From NCBI GenBank assembly GCA_045605805.1, contig JAZUQR010000001.1:1-19539 (forward strand): a stretch of 19,539 nucleotides of DNA, given 5' to 3'. Both the position numbers and the translations under genes were made by a program. Position 1 is the stretch's first letter; each line of letters starts with the position of its first letter. This document shows positions 1 to 6,678 of this stretch, in pieces. The DNA is from Alphaproteobacteria bacterium (GTDB lineage: Bacteria > Pseudomonadota > Alphaproteobacteria > CAAHEQ01 > UBA3637). The notes beneath the pieces are model-generated. The model saw nothing but the letters and a program-made list of their open reading frames with translations. It had not been told where the DNA came from and ran no database searches.

Positions 1-290
1 GATGGAGGCAAAGCGGGGCGCGCCGAGATATTACGCTTAAACGTGTCAATCCAGTCCTTATCGCCCAGAGAGTTGACGCAACGCACGTAGACATTCCCAT
101 CCGAAGACGCGGACCACGAGGCACAAGTTAGATCACCTTCAGAAGTACGATTATCTTCGTCAGTCACCAAACCACCCAATATGACTGTCAGATCCGTTGG
201 CGCAACCTTCGTACCATAACGTTCCATTACATCCAGGGCATCATCGCCCCATATCTGATCTTCCCTCAAAAACGAAAAATTTAAAGCCAT
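1..290 (-). CDS. Partial CDS (3' end off window): DUF6273-like / C-type-lectin-fold protein, candidate DGR target
   Basis: Hand-translated and absent from the ORF track because it is truncated. ATG at 290 preceded by AAGGAGG, open frame to window edge: MALNFSFLREDQIWGDDALDVMERYGTKVAPTDLTVILGGLVTDEDNRTSEGDLTCASWSASSDGNVYVRCVNSLGDKDWIDTFKRNISARPALPP. The W-S-x-S...V-x-x-V...G...RPAL pattern resembles CLec-type DGR variable domains. The CDS is well supported; the family call is inference. Confidence 0.8.
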   Translation of the reverse strand, partial: MALNFSFLREDQIWGDDALDVMERYGTKVAPTDLTVILGGLVTDEDNRTSEGDLTCASWSASSDGNVYVRCVNSLGDKDWIDTFKRNISARPALPP

Positions 291-413
291 TATAAACCTC
301 CTTGTTTAGTTATTCATGGTCTCATTTAACCATAAAATTATGATTAAAGCAAGTCTTTTGTTTGGGCTTTTTAGTTCCCATTATGCACAGAATTGCCCGC
401 CAATTATTTTATC

Positions 414-440
414 AAGCACCGTTGGGGTGCTTTTTTCTTT
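414..440 (+). terminator. Putative intrinsic terminator with no obvious + strand gene upstream
   Basis: AAGCACC (414-420) / GGTGCTT (426-432) stem, 5-nt loop, followed by TTTTCTTT. Confidence 0.5.
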
Positions 441-464
441 CCCTTTATGTTGGATGAAAATCCC

Positions 465-493
465 TTGACTAAAAAGTTAATTTTTGGTAAAAT
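465..493 (+). promoter_or_regulatory. Sigma70-type promoter of the LRR gene
   Basis: TTGACT (465-470), 17 bp spacer, TAAAAT (488-493) with extended -10 TG. It overlaps the TTG at 484, which argues for ATG 517 as the real start. Confidence 0.75.
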
Positions 494-516
494 TACTTCC
501 CAGAAAAGGCCAGTAT

Positions 517-2799
517 ATGTCAACAATTTATGATAAAATCAAAAAACAAAACGGTGAAACTTTTGCTCGGGCCATTCGCAATTATAACGATGCGATTTTT
601 GAAATACCGGACATTGTGAACATTCTCAAACATGCCGGCCGAGAGGCTGGACCGATTCTGCCTTTTTTGAATAAACTGACAACAAAAACCAATCCTTTTA
701 ATCAAGTGCAATCTGATAAAGACCCTTTTACATTATTAAATGAAGCGGGCTATGATGCTTTTTATGCCGATACAGAGGCAAAGAAAAATGCCATTAAAAA
801 GTATTTTGCTGCCGGAGAAGAACTTTGTACTTTTGATGATTCTCAGCGGCATAATTTATGGCATATTATTCATGCGGTTAGGAAGGATGTTGACACCTTT
901 TGTCGTGAACACTTTCGGGGAAAAGAAAAACGAGATGATGCTTATGGTACTTCTGTTTTATCCATTCAAGTTTTGAAAACGGGGGGACATATTTCCATTA
1001 AAAACAGGTATAACCATACGGTTGCCAATTGTGATTGCACACTGGGTTCAAATCCCGATAATATCATATTGGGTCTTTCTGATTCCATTCGCAAGCACTT
1101 TTGTGTTGAGTTTACCCCGCCTGATGCTGATTTATCCAACGATTTTATTTTGGTTGGAAAAAAAATTGTTGCTTTTAATTTAGAAGTGAACAACATTCAT
1201 TTTGGTGACAAGTATTATGTAAAAAACGGTCAACTGCACGAGATAGATTCTGACAAACAGATTTTAATGGACAACTTTCTTTTTGATATTAAAAACAAAA
1301 AAATAATTGATGTGGCCAACTCCAAAGATCCTTTTGTTGAAGTTTTTTCAAAAGAGATTGCCGACAAAACGATTCAAATTACAAAACAGAAAAACGGCAA
1401 TCACATTTTTGCCAATGGGGTTGATATTGCAACCGTTCAAAATGGGCAAATTACAGCATTGAATCTTACTTCAGCCACTGAGCTAAAAGACAATTTTTTG
1501 TTTTATAACAGAAGTTTAGAAAAGTTTTCCGCCCCTCAGCTGGTAAAAATGGGAAATAAATGTTTTTCATACTGCGATTCTTTGTATGACTTTCAAACAC
1601 CCTGTCTTAAAGAGATGGGGGATAATTGTCTACGAAGAACTTTTAATTTGAAACAGGTTTTTTTGCCAAAACTTGTGAAAATGGGAACAGAATGTTTATG
1701 GATGGCAGAGGCATTAGAAAGATTTGATGCCCCACAATTGAGTACCATGAAAAGCGGATGTCTAGAATATGCTAAATCTTTGACTTATTTTAATGTCCCT
1801 CAACTTAAAAAAATGGGGATTCAATGTTTAAGGGATGTCTCATCTTTATCTGTTTTTAACGCCCCCTGTTTAACACGATTGGAAAATTGGAACTTAGAAC
1901 ATGCCAATTCGTTAAAAGCGTTTCATGCCCCTCAATTGGAATCAATGGGTTCTTGTTGTTTGTCGTATGTGGATTCGTTGTCTGAATTTAATGTCCCTAA
2001 ACTTATCGATATGGATGGCAAGTGTTTGACTTATGCAAAATCCTTGAAAAACTTTTCTGCGCCTTTTCTTGTGAAAATGGGCGAAAGCTGTTTGACTTAT
2101 GTGAATACATTACAAAATATCCATGTTCCAAACCTTGAGGAAATGGATTTTCAATGTTTGAACCATGTACATAATTTGACAAAATTATATGCCCCAAGGC
2201 TTGTCAGAATTGAAAATAATTGTTTGGAAGATACCAATCATTTAACCGTCTTTCATGCCCCCAATCTGATTAGAGTTGGTGCAAGAGCTTTACAGCATTC
2301 TCCCTCATTGATTTTTTTTCATGCCCCAAAATTGACGCATCTGCCAGATTGGGCATTGGCTAATGTTGCTTCTTTACAAAATTTTGATGCCCCCTATTTG
2401 CTTTCAATGGGGTATAGCTGTTTGGAGGATGCCCATTCTTTAAGGAATTTTAACGCTCCAACATTAAAAACCATGGGGGCAGTTTGTTTAAGAAATGTTC
2501 CTTCCTTGATGCATTTTCATGCACCCGACTTACACAGTATGGACGATTGTTGTTTGGCAAACGCCTCTTCTTTGAAATCATTCCATGCCCCTTCTCTGAT
2601 ACGAATGGGCAATGGCTGTTTTTTATTTAACACGAGTTTGATAAAATTAGATGCACCGCTGTTAGAAACTATTGGCGAGGGATGCTTACAATCCAATTCT
2701 CGTTATCAAACAAATGCCCCTGCTTTGATGCGCAGACTTTCTTTGCAAGAATCTTTATTAAAACCTGATTCATATAGCCAATCAAGAGATTCTAGATAA
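517..2799 (+). CDS. Leucine-rich repeat protein (BspA/TpLRR-like repeats) with uncharacterised ~310-aa N-terminal domain, 760 aa
   Basis: ORF 484..2799 with start moved to ATG 517 (MSTIYDKIKK). The C-terminal half has 22-aa repeats LxxFxAPxLxxMGxxCLxxxxS. No signal peptide or TM segment visible. Confidence 0.9.
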   Translation: MSTIYDKIKKQNGETFARAIRNYNDAIFEIPDIVNILKHAGREAGPILPFLNKLTTKTNPFNQVQSDKDPFTLLNEAGYDAFYADTEAKKNAIKKYFAAGEELCTFDDSQRHNLWHIIHAVRKDVDTFCREHFRGKEKRDDAYGTSVLSIQVLKTGGHISIKNRYNHTVANCDCTLGSNPDNIILGLSDSIRKHFCVEFTPPDADLSNDFILVGKKIVAFNLEVNNIHFGDKYYVKNGQLHEIDSDKQILMDNFLFDIKNKKIIDVANSKDPFVEVFSKEIADKTIQITKQKNGNHIFANGVDIATVQNGQITALNLTSATELKDNFLFYNRSLEKFSAPQLVKMGNKCFSYCDSLYDFQTPCLKEMGDNCLRRTFNLKQVFLPKLVKMGTECLWMAEALERFDAPQLSTMKSGCLEYAKSLTYFNVPQLKKMGIQCLRDVSSLSVFNAPCLTRLENWNLEHANSLKAFHAPQLESMGSCCLSYVDSLSEFNVPKLIDMDGKCLTYAKSLKNFSAPFLVKMGESCLTYVNTLQNIHVPNLEEMDFQCLNHVHNLTKLYAPRLVRIENNCLEDTNHLTVFHAPNLIRVGARALQHSPSLIFFHAPKLTHLPDWALANVASLQNFDAPYLLSMGYSCLEDAHSLRNFNAPTLKTMGAVCLRNVPSLMHFHAPDLHSMDDCCLANASSLKSFHAPSLIRMGNGCFLFNTSLIKLDAPLLETIGEGCLQSNSRYQTNAPALMRRLSLQESLLKPDSYSQSRDSR
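1450..2703 (+). repeat. 19 tandem 66-bp / 22-aa LRR units
   Basis: Exact 22-aa periodicity from ITALNLTSATEL... to LIKLDAPLLETIGEGCLQSNSR (19 x 66 = 1254 bp). Units are diverged at the DNA level. Confidence 0.9.
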
Positions 2800-2800
2800 C

Positions 2801-2834
2801 AAAAAAAGCCAGAAGCCGTTTCTTGCCTCTGGCT
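2801..2834 (-). terminator. Intrinsic terminator of the autotransporter gene (possibly bidirectional)
   Basis: Minus strand AGCCAGAGGC-AAGAAACG-GCTTCTGGCT (10-bp stem with one G-U) followed by a T run. It lies between the convergent LRR and autotransporter stops. Confidence 0.75.
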
Positions 2835-2843
2835 GGTTCTTGT

Positions 2844-5417
2844 TTAGAAATTATACATTGCTTTCAGGTTCACTGTATGTGAATTATGTTCAGAACGCAA
2901 TTCTGTGACATAACTGGCCTTTAACGCCCAGTCCTTCAATGTTGCAGTTAATGACATACCTGCTTCAACAGCGGCACGACTTAAGCGTTCCCCTGTGATG
3001 GTGTAGCTTGTGGTACTGCCCACAACGCCAACGACTGCCGATGAGGCATCAGATTTGATATCATATGAACCTTGGACCCACAACTCTGGTGTCCACACTC
3101 CTTTATTGTCACAATTAAAGTCTTTGCTAAACTTTGTTCCCAAAAGCAATGTTGCAAGGTGCGTATCATCAGGCTTGACGGTGGTTAAACCATTGGTATA
3201 ATCGTCTGTTTTTACCAAGGTATATCTGGCACCAGCGATGGTGTCAAACAGCCCTTTTTGATATCCCCCCACTACCTGTGTGCTGTATGCATTGGCATCA
3301 TATTCAGAAGATAACAAAGATTCATCTTGATATGTTGTTCGGCTGTAATTAAACACAATGCTGGCATGCCATTCATTGGGTTGATATTGTCCATACAAGA
3401 ATACATTGTCACTGTCGGCTTGAATTTTCCGCTGAGTGTTTTTAACATCAGAACTTGCATAGCCATAGCCGAGACCAACAGTCCATTCTTTATTTAAGAC
3501 TGCATCAACGCCGGCCGCAAATCCTTTTGTGCTTGCGTCAAATCCCACTCCTTGTGAGTTATTTGTCTTGTTATACAAGCCTTGTATCCAAGGGGTCAAC
3601 TTCATATTTTTTAATGTTTCGCCGCCACTTAAACCTGCACGAGGCTTGTCAGAACTCAATACGGACAACCGATTTCCAACAGCCTTCATAACGGCTGTAT
3701 TGGTGGCAACGGTTTGTTGCACAGGGGCTTGTGTCGGATTGATTTTATCCGCAATATCAGCCGCTGCTTTTGTATCGCCTTGTTGCAGGGCTTGATGCAG
3801 CATTTGTTTTACTTGCTTGGCCTGATGTGTTGTGGGGGTAGATTGCTCTACAACCGCCACCGTTGTTGCGGCTTGGGTTGCATTCATATCACTGTTGGAA
3901 ACAACAGCTTGAATTGCCCCCTCTTTGGATTCAACATTCAATTTGCCGTTATCTAGCAAAGAGATGTTATACAACAAATTTTGGCTTAATGTGACATTTT
4001 CTTTGTTTATTATCGTGTTTGCTGTAATAAAATCATATTCTTTTGCTTCCATATCTTCCACAAGCACTGTTAAAGTGTTGTTCTGACCAAAGGTCACACT
4101 GTTGGCTTGAATTGTGGTTGCCATTGTTGGATTCAGAACGGTTTGTATTGTGGTATTGTCACCAAAGGTGATATTTGCTGTACCACGAATACCGGCATTT
4201 TTTATATCAATGGCAGCATTCTTTCCAACCGTTAAATTGTTGTTAAAGAGAACCGAACCTTGCCCATCCAATGTCAAGGTGGCATTATCACCCATTAGCA
4301 AGTTGTTCAGTTGGGTTTTGTTGTCGCCAGTTGCATTTAATGTGACGGTTCCTTGTGGGATTTCCACATCTTTGGCTGTGACATCTGTCAATGTTAAATG
4401 CGTTTTGACTGGTTTTGTATCAGCTTTGGATAAAAAGGGATAAAGGTTATATCTGTTCTGTTCAGATGGTGTTTTGCCATAGGCCCCATTATAGCCATAA
4501 AAATTTTGTATTGTAGCATTTTTTATTTCAGCATTGGACACCGATACAGTACTGAGCCCCTCCCCTCTTTGGCCACCTCCGGCATAGATATCCGAATTGA
4601 CCGTTAAGTTGCCGGAAGAACCATCCAATGTTAAATTACTTGTCGTCACAAACGAGGAGAGTTCTCTGCCTTCTGCTGTGGGGGCATGATTTATAGCCAT
4701 ATTTGCCAAACCGCCCATAAAGATACCTTCGTTAAATGTACCACCTGTAATTTTCATATTAGCTGTTTTAACAGAGGTGGTATGTTTATATCCTTTGACA
4801 TCTAAGGTACCATCGCTTCCATCGTATTCATCAACACCAGATCCGGCAAATACCGGCGCATCAAACTGACCCCCGTGGATGGTTAGGTTTGCTGTGGTGA
4901 TTTGAGAGTTTGTTTGCGCGTTTTCGGATGGTGCGGGCTTGGAACTGCCTTTTCCATATTTTGTGTAAGAACCAGCAAAGACACCATCAGAAAAATAACC
5001 ACCCGCATTGCCTAGAGTGCCTGTTAAACCACCGGATTGCACATTATTGATGGTGACATTTGTTGTATCTATACTGTACTTCCCAGTTTTATTATTCACA
5101 TAGTTGCCACCCACTATCCATTCTTGTGCTTCTCCACCATTGATGGTTAAATTTGTGGTGCCAACAGGCACATCACTGTCCACTGCAATATAATATGCCC
5201 CAATCAGTTTATCGTGCGTGCCATCTGTGTGCGTATAACTAAAATCTTTTTTTGCGGGGTTGGCTGTCGTTAGTTTTGTACTGCCTCCGTCACCATAGAC
5301 ATCGGCATAAGCTGGCACAGATACGAAACCGGCCAACACTAATCCATTCAGAATCATACATTTGATTAAAATAGATTTGTATTTAGACGATAATTCACGC
5401 AGTGTTGTTTTTGTCAT
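2844..5417 (-). CDS. Type Va autotransporter (outer-membrane beta-barrel plus beta-helical passenger), 857 aa
   Basis: ATG 5417 with AAAAGGAG SD. Long signal peptide MTKTTLRELSSKYKSILIKCMILNGLVLAGFVSVPAYA. G/T/N-rich passenger with IVGG/VFAGS/IFMGG/IYAGG repeats, linker GLSGGE. C-terminal ~250 aa of amphipathic strands (WIQGLYN, GFAAGVD, VGLGYGY) ending in F (MYNF). Confidence 0.92.
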   Translation of the reverse strand: MTKTTLRELSSKYKSILIKCMILNGLVLAGFVSVPAYADVYGDGGSTKLTTANPAKKDFSYTHTDGTHDKLIGAYYIAVDSDVPVGTTNLTINGGEAQEWIVGGNYVNNKTGKYSIDTTNVTINNVQSGGLTGTLGNAGGYFSDGVFAGSYTKYGKGSSKPAPSENAQTNSQITTANLTIHGGQFDAPVFAGSGVDEYDGSDGTLDVKGYKHTTSVKTANMKITGGTFNEGIFMGGLANMAINHAPTAEGRELSSFVTTSNLTLDGSSGNLTVNSDIYAGGGQRGEGLSTVSVSNAEIKNATIQNFYGYNGAYGKTPSEQNRYNLYPFLSKADTKPVKTHLTLTDVTAKDVEIPQGTVTLNATGDNKTQLNNLLMGDNATLTLDGQGSVLFNNNLTVGKNAAIDIKNAGIRGTANITFGDNTTIQTVLNPTMATTIQANSVTFGQNNTLTVLVEDMEAKEYDFITANTIINKENVTLSQNLLYNISLLDNGKLNVESKEGAIQAVVSNSDMNATQAATTVAVVEQSTPTTHQAKQVKQMLHQALQQGDTKAAADIADKINPTQAPVQQTVATNTAVMKAVGNRLSVLSSDKPRAGLSGGETLKNMKLTPWIQGLYNKTNNSQGVGFDASTKGFAAGVDAVLNKEWTVGLGYGYASSDVKNTQRKIQADSDNVFLYGQYQPNEWHASIVFNYSRTTYQDESLLSSEYDANAYSTQVVGGYQKGLFDTIAGARYTLVKTDDYTNGLTTVKPDDTHLATLLLGTKFSKDFNCDNKGVWTPELWVQGSYDIKSDASSAVVGVVGSTTSYTITGERLSRAAVEAGMSLTATLKDWALKASYVTELRSEHNSHTVNLKAMYNF

Positions 5418-5419
5418 TT

Positions 5420-5611
5420 TTATTTCTCCTTTTTTGTTATAAAAAACACCGGCCGATGGCATAATACCATCCGGTCGGTGTTCTTATGGTTTATCAAACA
5501 GCGGGCTGCGCCCCCTGTTATAAAGAATTGGCAATACCCCCCCCCCTGAACAATTTTTTCGTTATTTTTCAATGGGTTATCTTGGTTTAAGACCTGTAAT
5601 AAATGGGGCAT
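5420..5611 (-). CDS. Putative 63-aa leader peptide containing a G10 tract (regulatory uORF of the autotransporter)
   Basis: AAAGGAGG (5623-5616) 4 nt before ATG 5611. Reads MPHLLQVLNQDNPLKNNEKIVQGGGYCQF...FFITKKEK and stops at TAA 5422-5420, 2 nt before the autotransporter ATG. Confidence 0.6.
   Translation of the reverse strand: MPHLLQVLNQDNPLKNNEKIVQGGGYCQFFITGGAARCLINHKNTDRMVLCHRPVFFITKKEK
5441..5485 (-). terminator. Terminator-like hairpin (putative attenuator) in the autotransporter 5' leader
   Basis: Minus strand AACACCGACCGGATGG-TATTATG-CCATCGGCCGGTGTT, with one bulge and one mismatch, running into T6. It ends about 10 nt before the autotransporter SD, leaving no room for a promoter downstream of it. 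Confidence 0.7.
5537..5546 (-). repeat. Homopolymeric G10 tract (C10 on + strand), candidate slipped-strand contingency locus
   Basis: Directly read: gcaata-CCCCCCCCCC-tgaac. It is the longest G/C run I saw in this AT-rich window. Confidence 0.9.
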
Positions 5612-5631
5612 TTGCCCTCCTTTCACAAGTT

Positions 5632-5661
5632 AGGATAAACATATTTTAATGTATGTGTCAA
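5632..5661 (-). promoter_or_regulatory. Putative sigma70 promoter for leader plus autotransporter
   Basis: TTGACA (5661-5656, overlapping the yceD stop), 18 bp spacer, TATCCT (5637-5632). Predicted start near 5625, just upstream of the leader SD. Confidence 0.55.
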
Positions 5662-6167
5662 TCTTTTTTTAACATTTTTTTCAAGTTTGCAAATGGTTTT
5701 TGTTGGTTTTCTTCGTCTTCCACATAATCGCCCGACACATTGGGCTTTTTGGGGAATGGGTTCAAAAGCAGGCCAACTTGTTCCGATACGATATCAAAGA
5801 TATCCAAGCGTCCCCTGTCAATCGGTTCAATATCATCTTCCATTTCCCCTTCTTTTATCAAGGTGGCATTTTCGCAAAACAGGGCTTCAAAATCTTCGTC
5901 TATTTTATCTTCAAACAAATCCAATGAGACAACACACATCCGTTCCATTGTAGCCCACAGGTGACCGCTGACACGCACCAAGTCACCATCCATTTCTGCT
6001 TTGACCAGAGCCGTCACTTCTTTGACTTGCGGAATATCAAACCGATGGGCAATTTTTTCACACTGAGCCGGACTTGCCACCAATTTATCTTGCCACGGGT
6101 GAGCGCTTATTTCCCCCAAAAAGACGATTTTATTCAAGCCTTTTTCATTCTTTTTCATTTTTTCCAT
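5658..6167 (-). CDS. yceD: YceD / DUF177 family protein
   Basis: V-x-G-x-L-x-A...RMCVVSLD, acidic middle, LDIFDIVSEQVGLLLNPFPKKP and C-terminal KPFANLKKML. Divergent from bamE, as in alphaproteobacteria. Confidence 0.88.
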   Translation of the reverse strand: MEKMKKNEKGLNKIVFLGEISAHPWQDKLVASPAQCEKIAHRFDIPQVKEVTALVKAEMDGDLVRVSGHLWATMERMCVVSLDLFEDKIDEDFEALFCENATLIKEGEMEDDIEPIDRGRLDIFDIVSEQVGLLLNPFPKKPNVSGDYVEDEENQQKPFANLKKMLKKD

Positions 6168-6195
6168 TGACGAATGCCTTTCTTTTCTATATCAT
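6167..6195 (+). promoter_or_regulatory. Sigma70-type promoter for bamE-parE-cmk
   Basis: TTGACG (6167-6172), 17 bp spacer, TATCAT (6190-6195). Confidence 0.6.
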
Positions 6196-6222
6196 AACAG
6201 TATTATAACAAAAGGGTTTGAA

Positions 6223-6675
6223 ATGTTCAAGACACTAATTTACGCTTTATGTTTTTTATGTTTATCCGGCTGTGGCCTTGAAAAATATAAAACAAGTGAT
6301 TTACCGGCAGAAGCTCGCCTTCAATCTGTTCAAGTGGGCGATTCAAAAGAAAAGGTTTTACGGGTGCTGGGGACTCCGAACTATGAAAGTACTGGAGCCG
6401 AAGGTGTGGGCGATTTGGTTTTTTATGCCGAAGCACACAAGGAAAGTCGCCTGTTCTTTGAACCAAAATTAGTCAGCCGTGAGGTTCATCTTTATGTTTT
6501 CAAAGATAACAAGGTGGCCGAGATAAAACACCTTACTTTGGCGGATGCACAAACTGTTCCGTTTGAAAAAGACACAACTCATGTGGGGGGAAAAGAATTA
6601 TCTGTCTTAAAGCAATTGGCCGAAAACTTTGGCCGATACAATGCCGGCGGAAATGACAGCACAACACGGAGATAG
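6223..6675 (+). CDS. bamE: Outer membrane protein assembly lipoprotein BamE (SmpA/OmlA)
   Basis: Lipobox LSGC; VQVGDSKEKVLRVLGTP motif; alpha-type C-terminal extension T-x-x-x-GKELSVLKQLAENFGR. Confidence 0.88.
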   Translation: MFKTLIYALCFLCLSGCGLEKYKTSDLPAEARLQSVQVGDSKEKVLRVLGTPNYESTGAEGVGDLVFYAEAHKESRLFFEPKLVSREVHLYVFKDNKVAEIKHLTLADAQTVPFEKDTTHVGGKELSVLKQLAENFGRYNAGGNDSTTRR

Positions 6676-6678
6676 CTT

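Noticed and set aside
484-516. TTG start for the LRR ORF given in the track
   Set aside because: It lies inside the -35/-10 promoter; ATG 517 fits better.
1450-2703. 66-bp periodicity as a CRISPR array or DGR TR/VR pair
   Set aside because: The repeats are in-frame, diverged protein repeats with no identical direct repeats and no adenine-specific pattern; no cas or RT gene is present.
5418-5462. Upstream ATG 5462 extension of the autotransporter
   Set aside because: It is buried in the hairpin with no SD; ATG 5417 has an SD and starts the signal peptide.
5441-5485. Hairpin as merely the yceD terminator, or as part of a metabolite riboswitch
   Set aside because: It is about 170 bp past the yceD stop and leaves no space for an autotransporter promoter. 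I recognise no aptamer consensus. An Rfam scan is still needed to exclude a riboswitch fully.
5417-5611. Idea that G-tract slippage fuses the leader in frame to the autotransporter (classical frameshift phase variation)
   Set aside because: The G11 frame is the autotransporter frame but hits TAA at 5486-5484, so no tract length gives a fusion.
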